Shown here: piece by piece, positions 6,671 to 16,128 of the stretch | Position numbering within the stretch: the stretch's first letter is position 1 | How the letters are laid out: every line of letters starts with the position of its first letter | Source: Candidatus Limnocylindrus sp. | GTDB lineage: Bacteria; Chloroflexota; Limnocylindria; Limnocylindrales; Limnocylindraceae | Reading direction: 5' to 3' | Assembly: GCA_044236365.1 (NCBI GenBank) | Contig: JBIIGQ010000092.1 | Span: 1-34,575, forward strand | Length of the DNA stretch: 34,575 nt | The notes under the pieces: generated by a model | Database searches by the model: none | Seen by the model: the letters and a program-made list of their open reading frames with translations, nothing else | Told to the model about the DNA's origin: nothing | Translations under genes and position numbers: made by a program

Positions 6671-7827
6671 GCGAGAAGATGAAGACGCGACCGTCAATCA
6701 TTCAGCGAATGCCGTTGCCACTCGCCCTTCTTTTTGGATTCCTCCTGCTTCCGCTCGGTGGCATCTTGCTCCCCATCACCCCTGAGATCGGCGTCCCGGT
6801 GCTCCTGGTAGCAACACGACTCCTTGGCCGACGATTCCAGTGGGCGCGGCGCTTTAACGCGTGGATTGATGGAAAGTGGCAAGGAGTCCGCGCACGACTG
6901 AAGGGGGACGCCAACAGCGGGCGTCCCGCACTGTGGCGATGGATTGTTGGTGCGGTCGTCATCGTGCTGATCTGGCAGGTGCTGGGCTCAATCTTGCTAG
7001 TCGGCGCAGTGCTTTGGATGGGCATTCCATTTGATGCACTCGTTCCTACAGGGGGGTTCGGCCTTACGCCGATTGCTCCAGAGCGATCCGCCATGATTCT
7101 CTTTGCGTTCCTAATTAGCTTTGTGCCCTTCTTCTTTGGAAACCTGTTCGCATACCGCTACATCCTGAAAGAGCGCGTGATGCGAATGTTTACCCTCACG
7201 GGTAGCTTCTCGATCCAAAGAACGTTTGCAGGATTTGCGATCTGGCTGGCCATCGGGCTCGGCGGGATACTGCTCCTCGAACTTGCTAATCCAGGGGTAG
7301 TTCGCTGGACGTTCAACCCCGTCGGCGCACTTCCCTACATCGTGGTCGCCTTGCTCTTGCTGCCAATCCAGACGACGGCCGAAGAGCTGTTCTTCCGCGG
7401 TTGGCTCTTGCAGTGGTCTGACAATGGTCGACGCCGACGCTGGGTACTCGCCACGCTAAACGGCGTGCTGTTTGCGCTGCCACACCTCGCCAATCCTGAG
7501 GTTGCCGGTGAAGACCTAATCCGCATTATTGGGTATGTAGCAATCGGCTTCGGCTGGGCGTGGGTCACACTCCGCGACCGAACACTTGAGCTAGCGATCG
7601 GCGCACACGCGGCAAACAACATCTCTGCAGCCCTGCTCGTGGGGTATGTCGGCTCCGCGATTCCCTCTGTCTCTTTCTGGACGATGGAACGAATTCCAGT
7701 GCTGCAAGAGGTGCTACTCGGGGTGGCGTCAATTCTGATCTTCACGTGGATCACCGCGCGCCTGCCACACAAGCACGCAGGTAAGAGCAGCACCTCTCAA
7801 GCTTCGCGGAAGAAGCAGCCCGCGTGA
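6667..7827 (+). CDS. CPBP (CAAX/Abi) intramembrane metalloprotease with an extra N-terminal membrane module
   Basis: EELFFRG, FALPH and AHAANN motifs. Confidence 0.88.
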   Translation: MSEKMKTRPSIIQRMPLPLALLFGFLLLPLGGILLPITPEIGVPVLLVATRLLGRRFQWARRFNAWIDGKWQGVRARLKGDANSGRPALWRWIVGAVVIVLIWQVLGSILLVGAVLWMGIPFDALVPTGGFGLTPIAPERSAMILFAFLISFVPFFFGNLFAYRYILKERVMRMFTLTGSFSIQRTFAGFAIWLAIGLGGILLLELANPGVVRWTFNPVGALPYIVVALLLLPIQTTAEELFFRGWLLQWSDNGRRRRWVLATLNGVLFALPHLANPEVAGEDLIRIIGYVAIGFGWAWVTLRDRTLELAIGAHAANNISAALLVGYVGSAIPSVSFWTMERIPVLQEVLLGVASILIFTWITARLPHKHAGKSSTSQASRKKQPA

Positions 7828-9074
7828 CTGGGATGCTCTCGCTACTCCGCATCCCAGACCTCCGCACGTTGCTGGTGGCGGATTTCATCTCAGACTTTGG
7901 TTCGGCGGCAACGGTGCTCGCCGTGCAGCTGCTGGTGCTCGATCTCACCGGCTCGACTGCAGCACTTGGCCTCACGGCGGTACTGGCGGCACTTCCATCT
8001 GTGACGATCGGATTCGTGGCAGGCGGCGTTGCGGATCGATTCAATCGACGCCAGCTGATGATCGGGGCGAACCTTATTCGTGCGGTGCTCGTGCTGCTGA
8101 TCATCCCCGCCTCAAAACTCGGCGAAGTCGCATTCCCAGCAATCGCAGTACTCACCCTGTTGCAAGGGATAGCCGGATCATTCTTCTCGCCATCGAACTC
8201 TGCGGTCATCGCGCGCCTCGTCCCCGAGGATCGTCGCGTGAACATCGGCTCGTTGCGGCAAACGCTACTGATCGTGACCAACGTACTCGGTGTCTCGTTC
8301 GCGGGCATCGTGCTCGGCCTCAGTGGTAATCGCGATCTGCTCTTTGCGATTGATTCGGTGAGCTTCCTGGTGGCGGGCTTGGTACTGTTCTTGATCTCAA
8401 GGAACGTGGGGAGGCCCGAGGTGTCGGCGGAGGTTCTTGCTGAACGTAAGGGGCTCGGAATCCGCGAGGGGCTCGCCGTGGTTCGTGCCTCGCGCATGCT
8501 CATTGCGATCACCGTTGGGCCGGCGATTGTGATGCTGGGCGTTGGTGCGGTCAACGTGCTCTTCGTCCCATTCGTCTACAAGGAGCTCCAGGCACCTCTC
8601 GCGCTTGCGGGCGCGATTGAGGGGTCAATGCTCGTCTCCATGTTGATCGGCTCGGCACTCGCACCCGCACTCGTCGCCAAGATCACGGCGGAGCGGGCGC
8701 TCTGGGGGGCACTCATTGCCTGCGGTGCACTGTTGCTGCTGTGGGGTGGGGTCACGGAACTCTGGCAGTTCGTGGCGCTCTTCTTCGCGCTCGGATTCGC
8801 CCAGTCACCGATTAACATCGTCGCCTCGACCATCTTCATGAACAACACCACTGATGCGGTTCGTGGTCGCGTCGGAGCCGTTCTCAGTGGTGTCATCGAA
8901 GGGGCGAGCCTTCTTTCTATGGCGGGAGCCGGTGCGGCCGCTGCGCTCATAGGCATGCGTGGCACCTTTGTCGCGGCCGGCGTGCTCTGTTTGGTGGGCG
9001 GTGTCGTGACGGCGCTGCTCATTAGGGGCGCGGTGAACGCGCGTACAAAATCAACCGAGACAGCTACGCGCTAA
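7824..9074 (+). CDS. MFS transporter
   Basis: GGVADRFNRR motif A, about 12 TM segments. Confidence 0.9.
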   Translation: MTGMLSLLRIPDLRTLLVADFISDFGSAATVLAVQLLVLDLTGSTAALGLTAVLAALPSVTIGFVAGGVADRFNRRQLMIGANLIRAVLVLLIIPASKLGEVAFPAIAVLTLLQGIAGSFFSPSNSAVIARLVPEDRRVNIGSLRQTLLIVTNVLGVSFAGIVLGLSGNRDLLFAIDSVSFLVAGLVLFLISRNVGRPEVSAEVLAERKGLGIREGLAVVRASRMLIAITVGPAIVMLGVGAVNVLFVPFVYKELQAPLALAGAIEGSMLVSMLIGSALAPALVAKITAERALWGALIACGALLLLWGGVTELWQFVALFFALGFAQSPINIVASTIFMNNTTDAVRGRVGAVLSGVIEGASLLSMAGAGAAAALIGMRGTFVAAGVLCLVGGVVTALLIRGAVNARTKSTETATR

Positions 9075-9618
9075 ACGAAACCTCAGCGGTAGTCACAACC
9101 TTCGCCGTTCGCCCGGGCGCCGACTGAAAGCCCCAGTACATGTTGGTGTGCTTGATGATCACATCGGGAGGCGGCGCACCCCACTCAGTCATGTCTTCGG
9201 TGGTGTGAGCGTCGCTTACGAGCGTTACGTCATAGCCGCGGGTAAACGCGCCGTGAATCGTTGAGCGAATGCAGGCATCGGTCTGCGCGCCGACCACGAT
9301 CAGGTGTGCGACATTCGCGGCGGCAAGGGCCGTCTCCAGGTCTGTCGCCTCGAATGAGTCGCCGTAGAGCTTGTGCACGAGCGGTTCACCCTCAATGCGC
9401 ACGAGCTCGGGTACGTACTGCCAGGCGTCGCTGCCGATGGGCATCTGCTCTTCGGAGTGCGCCACCCAAATCACGGGCGTGCCAGATGCGCGCGCCGCGG
9501 TGAGGAGCGTTTGGATGTTGGCGATCACGACGTCGCGCTGGTAGGCGGCGCCAACGACGCCAACCTGCACGTCGATGATCAGGAGCGCAGTTGCGGTGCG
9601 TTGCGGAAGGGTGCTCAT
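9064..9618 (-). CDS. isochorismatase-family cysteine hydrolase
   Basis: ALLIIDVQ, HKLYGDSF, GAQTDACIRST (D-K-C triad); start reassigned to ATG 9618. Confidence 0.9.
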   Translation of the reverse strand: MSTLPQRTATALLIIDVQVGVVGAAYQRDVVIANIQTLLTAARASGTPVIWVAHSEEQMPIGSDAWQYVPELVRIEGEPLVHKLYGDSFEATDLETALAAANVAHLIVVGAQTDACIRSTIHGAFTRGYDVTLVSDAHTTEDMTEWGAPPPDVIIKHTNMYWGFQSAPGRTAKVVTTAEVSFSA

Positions 9619-9768
9619 CGTTGCGGGATGGTAGCAAGAACACGAACCACCTCGGCCAGGGAATCTGCACCGCAGCGGCGGTGACCGTGGCGCGTGCGGT
9701 ATCGTGGCGTCCGCCGCAGCATCATCGGGGCGTTGCCCTGAGGCTGTGTCATCTATAGGAGGTGTATC

Positions 9769-11133
9769 GTGGCCGACCCAAAGCAGACGAAATTCGTGCT
9801 CGACGAAAATCGGATGCCTAAGGCCTGGTACAACATCGCGGCGGATCTTCCGTGGCCACAATCGCCGGCGCTGAATCCTCAGACCGGCCAGCCCCTTGGC
9901 CCCGATGATCTCGCCCCACTCTTCCCAATGGCACTCATTGGTCAAGAGGTTTCGACGGAACGAGAGATTGAGATTCCCGAGCCGGTGCGTGACGCGTATC
10001 GCCTCTATCGACCGAGTCCGCTCTTCCGAGCGCATCGACTTGAGAAGCTGCTGGGCACGCCGGCGAAGATCTTCTACAAGTACGAGGGTGTAAGCCCTGC
10101 CGGAAGCCACAAGCCAAACACCGCGATTGCGCAGGCGTTCTACAACGCGCAAGAGGGTGTGAAGCGACTGGCAACCGAGACGGGCGCAGGCCAGTGGGGC
10201 ACGTCACTCGCGTTCGCTGGCGCCATGTTCGGTCTGGAGATCAAGGTCTACCAGGTGCGCGCGAGCTACGACGCGAAGCCGTATCGCCGCATCCTTATGG
10301 AGACGTACGGCGCAAAGGTGGTTGCAAGCCCAAGCCCCGACACGAACTACGGTCGTTCGGTGCTCGCTTCAGACCCACACACGACCGGTTCGCTTGGCAT
10401 GGCGATCAGCGAGGCGGTCGAAGATGCCGCCACGCGCGACGACACCAAGTACGCACTCGGCTCGGTGTTAAATCACGTGCTGTTGCACCAGACGGTGATT
10501 GGCCAAGAGACGCAGTTGCAGCTCGAGATGGCGGACGTTGAGCCCGACATCTTGGTCGGCTGCACCGGCGGCGGTTCGAACTTCGCTGGATTCACATTCC
10601 CGTTCTTGGGCGCTGAATTCCGCGGCGGCCGCAAAGTGCGGGTGATTGCGGCGGAGCCGACGGCGGCGCCATCGCTGACCCGTGGCATCTATGCGTATGA
10701 CTACGGCGACACGGCGCATATGGCCCCAATGGTGAAGATGCACACGCTCGGTTCGGCCTTCATGCCTGATCCGATCCACGCTGGTGGGTTGCGCTATCAC
10801 GGCATGGCCCCGCTGGTCTCACTCCTGAAGGAGAAGGGTGCCATCGAGGCGGTCGCCATTCCGCAGCGCGAAACCTTCGAACGCGGTGTGGAGTTCACCC
10901 GCGCAGAAGGGATCCTGCCAGCACCAGAGGCGAACCACGCCATTGCGGCGGCGGTTCGCGAGGCGCTGATCGCCAAGGCCGAGGGGAAGGAGCGCGTGAT
11001 TGTCTTCAACAATTGCGGGCACGGCTTCCTCGACCTGGCAGCGTATGAGAACTACCTCGCTGGCAAACTCGAGGACTTGAGCCTTGAGCAGAGCAAGATC
11101 GAGGCTGCGCTCAACGACCTGCCAAAGCCGTAA
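9769..11133 (+). CDS. trpB2: stand-alone tryptophan synthase beta chain, TrpB2 type
   Basis: GSHKPN PLP lysine, TETGAGQWG, GGGSNF, IHAGGLRYHG; AGGAGG SD; no adjacent trpA. Confidence 0.92.
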   Translation: MADPKQTKFVLDENRMPKAWYNIAADLPWPQSPALNPQTGQPLGPDDLAPLFPMALIGQEVSTEREIEIPEPVRDAYRLYRPSPLFRAHRLEKLLGTPAKIFYKYEGVSPAGSHKPNTAIAQAFYNAQEGVKRLATETGAGQWGTSLAFAGAMFGLEIKVYQVRASYDAKPYRRILMETYGAKVVASPSPDTNYGRSVLASDPHTTGSLGMAISEAVEDAATRDDTKYALGSVLNHVLLHQTVIGQETQLQLEMADVEPDILVGCTGGGSNFAGFTFPFLGAEFRGGRKVRVIAAEPTAAPSLTRGIYAYDYGDTAHMAPMVKMHTLGSAFMPDPIHAGGLRYHGMAPLVSLLKEKGAIEAVAIPQRETFERGVEFTRAEGILPAPEANHAIAAAVREALIAKAEGKERVIVFNNCGHGFLDLAAYENYLAGKLEDLSLEQSKIEAALNDLPKP

Positions 11134-11153
11134 CGCACCGGCGTTAGACGCTC

Positions 11154-12335
11154 ATGGCGAACGTACGACCCTTCCGGGCGACGCGCTACGCGCGCGAGCA
11201 GATTGATGCGCTCCTGAGTCCGCCGTATGACGCGGCAGAGGCAGAGGTCATTCAACGCTTGCGCGCGAGCGAGCCGCACAACTCGGCAGCCCTCGATGCA
11301 TCGGGCTCCCCAGAAGAGGCAGCGGCCCTCTGGCGAACCTGGCGCGAGAGCGGCGTTCTAGTCGACGAGGCCGATCCAGCGATCTACCTGTACGAGAGCG
11401 TCGGTACGGGCACGACAGAGATTCGCGGCATCTTTGCTGCCATCCCCGTTGGCGCCTACGGTCCAGAGACGGGCGTCTACGGCCACGAGCGCACCCTCGA
11501 TGGTCCGCGAGCGGGACGCCGCGCGCTGCTTGCGGCAACACGCGCCAACCTCTCACCGATCTTGCTCTTACGCTCCGGTGCTGCGCAGACGTTTACGGCT
11601 GCGTTTGAACAAATCGCTACCGGCACCCCGCTGATTGCGGGAACCGCACCCGACGAGTCACAGGTGCGAATCTGGCGCGTTGACCCGCTGGGTGAACACG
11701 GCGCTGCACTGATGCGCTGGGCGGCAGGCGCACCACTCGTGATTGCCGATGGGCATCACCGCTACGAATCGGCACGTGAGTTGGCCGCAACAGGGAGTGG
11801 GTCGACACACACGTTCGGCCTGATCGTGGAGGCCGACACGGCGGGCCCAACCCTTCATGCCACGCATCGCATTCTGACCGGGTATGACGGCGCGGCGTTC
11901 ATCGCAGCGCTTACACAATCGACAGATGTTGATCGTGTGGAGGCTGTCGGCGCTCTACCGAATCAGCTACACCACAACCAATTCGCAGCGGCAATCAGTG
12001 GCGAGGTAACCGTGGTGACCCTACGTTCTGAATCGGCGCATCAGCCAATCACCGCACGCGTTGAGAAGCTACTAGAAGAGACGCTGCGCATTACTCCTGC
12101 AGATGTAGCCGCCGGTGCACTGCGCTACGATCGCCAGGCTGACCGAGCTATCAGCGCATCACAGCAGCCCAACACCATTGCACTTTTGCTGCCACCAGAG
12201 AGCATGGAATCAGTGATTGCAACAGCACTCGCATCGCAGGTGATGCCGCAGAAGGCAACGCACTTCACGCCGAAGCCAGCGACCGGACTGCTCTTTCTCG
12301 CACACGATCAGAATGCGGAGTTAGCCAGGGAGTAG
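11154..12335 (+). CDS. DUF1015 family protein
   Basis: VRPFRA, SPPYD, HERT, IADGHHRY, THR and MPQKATHFTPKP motifs. Confidence 0.85.
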   Translation: MANVRPFRATRYAREQIDALLSPPYDAAEAEVIQRLRASEPHNSAALDASGSPEEAAALWRTWRESGVLVDEADPAIYLYESVGTGTTEIRGIFAAIPVGAYGPETGVYGHERTLDGPRAGRRALLAATRANLSPILLLRSGAAQTFTAAFEQIATGTPLIAGTAPDESQVRIWRVDPLGEHGAALMRWAAGAPLVIADGHHRYESARELAATGSGSTHTFGLIVEADTAGPTLHATHRILTGYDGAAFIAALTQSTDVDRVEAVGALPNQLHHNQFAAAISGEVTVVTLRSESAHQPITARVEKLLEETLRITPADVAAGALRYDRQADRAISASQQPNTIALLLPPESMESVIATALASQVMPQKATHFTPKPATGLLFLAHDQNAELARE

Positions 12336-12359
12336 TCCGCTCGTGGCGAGAGCGAAGCT

Positions 12360-12854
12360 CTAGCGACTGTCGTTAAAGGTCCACACGTCGAGCGCGTCAA
12401 GGTCGAGGCTGCTGTTGCCGTTCGCGGCGAGGGCACCGGCGATCTGGGCGCGGTGCTCGGTGGCGTGGTGCACGGCCTGGTTCACCAACACCCAGCGCGG
12501 CACAGGGATCTCTTCACCGCCGTACGAGATCCAGGTGAGGATCTCGTCGCCTGGCAACTGCGCTCCGGCTCGCAACTTTGCATCGGCGACCACGAGGGCG
12601 GCGGCAAGGGCCTGTAGGTCGGCGGCAGTGGTTGGGAGCTCGCGCTTCTCGGCGCGCGGCTCACCGTGGAGGCGCTGCGCGTAGTTCTCGGCGGCGGTGG
12701 TGAGGTGGTGGGCAATGGCGCCAACGCTCCACTCGGAGCGGGGTGAGGTGTAGGCGTAGGCAGCCTCAGGCAGCGTCGCTAGGACTGAAAACATTTCAGT
12801 ATTGGCCCACGCCATGTGCGTGAGTTGGCGGTCAAGGGTGGCGTTCACATCCAT
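12360..12854 (-). CDS. DinB family protein
   Basis: HMAWAN, IAHH, HHATEHRAQI His triad. Confidence 0.85.
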   Translation of the reverse strand: MDVNATLDRQLTHMAWANTEMFSVLATLPEAAYAYTSPRSEWSVGAIAHHLTTAAENYAQRLHGEPRAEKRELPTTAADLQALAAALVVADAKLRAGAQLPGDEILTWISYGGEEIPVPRWVLVNQAVHHATEHRAQIAGALAANGNSSLDLDALDVWTFNDSR

Positions 12855-12889
12855 ACGGATCTGATCGTACTAGATGCTAGTCTCCCGCA

Positions 12890-13561
12890 ATGCCAACCGA
12901 AAAGATTTCAGCGCGCGACGCCATTTTGCAGGCGACCATTGCCGAGCTGACGACCGCTGGCGCCGAAACCTTTACCCCCCTCATGGTGTGCAAGCAGCTT
13001 GGCATTAAGCCGAACCTCGTCAACTATCACTTCAAATCTCGTGAAGGGTTGATTCGAGAGGCAGCTGTGACCTCGTACGAGGAGTACGGTCGCGGCTTTG
13101 TGAAAGTGTGGGAGCAGTTTGGCCATGCACCGCGCGAGCACTTTGCCGCTGCGATCAGGTTTCAAATCGAGTGGACGGTCTCCCATAGTTCGATCATGCA
13201 TCTCGTTACGAACGGAAAGATCGAAGATTTCACGAGCGAGCAGCGCGATCGCATTGCCAGGTCGCTGATGCAGAACGTGTCGCTCTTGACGACTGCTGTT
13301 GGTGGCGTGGTTGACGGGGCAGGGTGGGATCACGTGGCAACCCCTGCAGATGTTGCGCGGCGACCAGAGCTTGGGTACGCCGCCGGTGCCGTCTCCTGGA
13401 TGGTGAGCGGTCACGCCACGTGGAAGGCGGGGCCACTCCCACATGTGGCAAGGGAGATTCCGGCGGCGGAAACCATCAGCAATGTTGATGAGCAGGTGTT
13501 GGCGATGGCATTTGCAATCATTCGCTACTTCGGCGACAAGAGCGACGGCTCCAGGCGTTAG
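12890..13561 (+). CDS. TetR/AcrR family regulator
   Basis: N-terminal HTH (LGIKPNLVNYHFKSREGL); divergent from the DinB gene. Confidence 0.85.
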   Translation: MPTEKISARDAILQATIAELTTAGAETFTPLMVCKQLGIKPNLVNYHFKSREGLIREAAVTSYEEYGRGFVKVWEQFGHAPREHFAAAIRFQIEWTVSHSSIMHLVTNGKIEDFTSEQRDRIARSLMQNVSLLTTAVGGVVDGAGWDHVATPADVARRPELGYAAGAVSWMVSGHATWKAGPLPHVAREIPAAETISNVDEQVLAMAFAIIRYFGDKSDGSRR

Positions 13562-14733
13562 CGGTTCGCTCGCCGACCCTTTCGCACCGCAAGGAGCACG
13601 CCAGAAACCGCGACAGCGGCAATGGACGCGAGCAACACTCCGAGCTTCGCGGCACTCAAAGACTCCTCGCTCGCAAATGCGAGTTCGCTGATGAGGAGCG
13701 ACACGGTGAATCCGATTCCGGCAAGTGCCCCAATGATGGCGATGTCGATCCACTGCACTCCAGCTGAGAGCCTCGCCCCCAGCGCGGTTGCTAGCCGTGC
13801 GGCAAGGAGAATCCCCACCGGCTTCCCGACAACGAGTCCAACTAGTACGCCCAGCAGAATCGGCGAGTTGAGCACGACGCCAAGGTCAATCGAACGAAGG
13901 TCAACCGCCGCGGCGAAGAGGGCAAAGAGCGGCACGGCAATCCCCGCGCTGATTGGATGGAAACGTGCGGTCGCTCGGTCAACTGGCGCGTCAGTCTCAC
14001 CAGGATCTTTCTTGACGCGCATGAGTAGGCCCAGCGCGACGCCGGCGATCGTTGCATGGATCCCTGCCTCATGTACCGCATACCAAACGGCGAGCGCGAG
14101 AGGCACATAGATGAGCGGTGAAGTGATTCGCTGTCGCTGAGCTAGGGCAAACAGCGCCAAGAGGAGCGCCGCGATTGCGATCCACTCAACGCTGAGCCCA
14201 CCGGAATAGAAGAGGGCAATCACGAGGATCGCGCCGAGATCATCCACAATCGCCAGCGTGAGCAGGAAGGTACGTACGCCTGAAGGAAGTCCGCGACCGA
14301 GGACCGCCAGCACCGCAAGGGCGAAGGCGATGTCGGTGGCCATAGGGATCCCCCAGCCGCTTACGGCATCAGCGGCACCACCACGGCTCACGGCGAGATA
14401 GAGAAGCGCTGGAACAACCATTCCGCCAAGTGCGGCGGCAACGGGGAGCGCCGCCTGGCGCGGCTTTGAGAGCGTGCCAACGACAAGTTCGTGCTTGAGC
14501 TCACACCCAATGACAAAGAAGAAGATGGCGAGGAGGGCGTCTGCAGTCCACTTTTGAACCGTTAGATTCAAACCGAGCGCGTCAATTCCAATCTTGGTTG
14601 TAGCGAGCGCACGAAACGGGTCAGAGAGCGGCCCATTCGCGAGGAACAGTCCAATGATCGCGGTACCGATCAGCAGCGCACCACCGGTGGTCTCGCTCTG
14701 CAGGAATGCTCGAAGTCGCTGCTGGGGTGTCAT
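13558..14733 (-). CDS. nhaA: Na+/H+ antiporter NhaA
   Basis: GWGIPMATDIAF, LAIVDDLGAI, GIHATIAG, GIGFTVSL motifs; ATG 14733 chosen from TAGAAT 6 nt upstream. Confidence 0.95.
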   Translation of the reverse strand: MTPQQRLRAFLQSETTGGALLIGTAIIGLFLANGPLSDPFRALATTKIGIDALGLNLTVQKWTADALLAIFFFVIGCELKHELVVGTLSKPRQAALPVAAALGGMVVPALLYLAVSRGGAADAVSGWGIPMATDIAFALAVLAVLGRGLPSGVRTFLLTLAIVDDLGAILVIALFYSGGLSVEWIAIAALLLALFALAQRQRITSPLIYVPLALAVWYAVHEAGIHATIAGVALGLLMRVKKDPGETDAPVDRATARFHPISAGIAVPLFALFAAAVDLRSIDLGVVLNSPILLGVLVGLVVGKPVGILLAARLATALGARLSAGVQWIDIAIIGALAGIGFTVSLLISELAFASEESLSAAKLGVLLASIAAVAVSGVLLAVRKGRRANR

Positions 14734-14822
14734 CGTCACATTCTATCGCGCGCGAGGTGCTTTGCGTAAAGCCATATACTTCTCGCAGCAGAGCCGTTCG
14801 TGCTCTTATCGAGGGAGGTTTC

Positions 14823-15170
14823 ATGGCAACCAAGCGCAAGGCACCAGCAAAGCGAGCCGCAACCGTTGAGCTCTCACTGGTCTATCCGAAGACCTCTTCG
14901 CGACTGCTGAATGGCCTCTTTTTGAAGTGGCTGCTGGTGATCCCGCACCTCATTGTGCTGAGCCTCTTCGCCGTGTTGGTCGGGTTCGCGATGCTCTTCG
15001 CCTGGGTGGGGATCTGGATCAACGGCCGCTACCCACGACGCCTTTGGGAGATCAACGCCTCCTATTTGCGCTACACCGTTAGCGTGAACGCCTACCTGGT
15101 GCAGCTCACCGACGAGTACCCGGCCTACCCAGCGAACCCACTCGCAACACCGAAAAAGCGACGGGGCTAA
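14823..15170 (+). CDS. DUF4389 family membrane protein
   Basis: LLVIPH, GRYPRRL, AYLVQLTDEYP; GGAGG SD before ATG 14823. Confidence 0.8.
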   Translation: MATKRKAPAKRAATVELSLVYPKTSSRLLNGLFLKWLLVIPHLIVLSLFAVLVGFAMLFAWVGIWINGRYPRRLWEINASYLRYTVSVNAYLVQLTDEYPAYPANPLATPKKRRG

Positions 15171-15293
15171 CGCGCAGCCACAACGCCCCCTCACCTTTTG
15201 GCGAGCCCCCGCTCGGGGATCGCTTTGAGGGTGGGCGAGGGGGTTAGGACGCACGGTCTCGCCAGTTAGAAAACTTTTCAGTAGTATCTGTGC

Positions 15294-15878
15294 ATGTTGA
15301 CCGGGTGGGACTGGACAGGGGTTTTCGGGGGGCTGATCAGCTTCGCCGTGGTGCTGTATGTGCAGCGAACGCAGCGCATTCGTCAGTCCCGTGGCACCAC
15401 GGTGAGCATGGTTGCGTTCGCTGGCCTGGTCGCCTACGTCTGGGCCCCGATCGGCTTCCCAAACTCTGACTGGTCACGGGCACCACTCGGGAGCGATGTG
15501 ATCCGCCTCATTCCATTCGTGAACTTTGATCCTGCGCTCTTGCAGACCCAGTGGCTGCTTGTGCAGGTGGGGATGGGCGCCGCAACCTTCCTGCTCGCCA
15601 CCCTCGCCCTTTACGGAGATGCTCGACGGGCGGCCTTCGCCGTCCTCGTCATCATGGCCGTCGGCCTCGAGATCAGCCAGGCGCTCTCGAACTACTTCTC
15701 CAGCCTTGTGCCGCCCTACCGGGTTGATATCCACGACGTCTTGGCGCGAGCCACTGGTGCGCTCGCCGCGTTCCTCGTGCTCAAGCTCCTTGGGGCCGTA
15801 TGGCGCCTCTCCGTCCGACCCTCGTTTGCCAAGAGCGGCATCGCCGGCTTCATCGATGGAGTGACGCGCCGCATCTAG
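15294..15878 (+). CDS. VanZ-like membrane protein
   Basis: RLIPF, LEISQ, RVDIHDVLA resemble VanZ motifs; about 5 TM segments. Confidence 0.6.
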   Translation: MLTGWDWTGVFGGLISFAVVLYVQRTQRIRQSRGTTVSMVAFAGLVAYVWAPIGFPNSDWSRAPLGSDVIRLIPFVNFDPALLQTQWLLVQVGMGAATFLLATLALYGDARRAAFAVLVIMAVGLEISQALSNYFSSLVPPYRVDIHDVLARATGALAAFLVLKLLGAVWRLSVRPSFAKSGIAGFIDGVTRRI

Positions 15879-15954
15879 TGGCGGCCCCTCGCTGAGCGGT
15901 CGACTGCAAGGCGTTGCAGTAACTGACTGGGCGGGCAGGCGATACACTGCCCAC

Positions 15955-16047
15955 ATGACCGCAGCTGACCTCATTGCCCAAGCCGCTGGCGAGCCGAGCA
16001 TCTGTCGATGCCCGTCGCTCTCCTTCGAGCCGTCCTGCGCGCGCTGA
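15955..16047 (+). CDS. putative leaderless Cys-containing leader peptide of cysK-cysE (30 aa)
   Basis: TACACT (15943-15948), 6 nt, ATG; MTAADLIAQAAGEPSICRCPSLSFEPSCAR*. Confidence 0.6.
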   Translation: MTAADLIAQAAGEPSICRCPSLSFEPSCAR

Positions 16048-16128
16048 GGCGATCGCAACCAGGGACCAAACGGCAGAGGGGGCGGCGGATGTAGTCCACA
16101 ACCCACCATGTAGCTGGAGGTACCCGAT

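Noticed and set aside
9680-9768. Trp attenuator upstream of trpB2
   Set aside because: A hairpin is present, but the only candidate short ORF has a single Trp codon and no initiation signal; no T-box or terminator seen.
9619-10152. 178-aa N-terminal extension of the isochorismatase ORF
   Set aside because: Antisense shadow of trpB2; family similarity and a -10 box point to ATG 9618.
12908-13753. Long antisense/alternate-frame ORFs (also 3069-3842, 7751-8554, 15850-16608, 22599-23378, 26074-26874, 27791-28603)
   Set aside because: Typical GC-rich shadow ORFs over well-supported genes, with no motifs.
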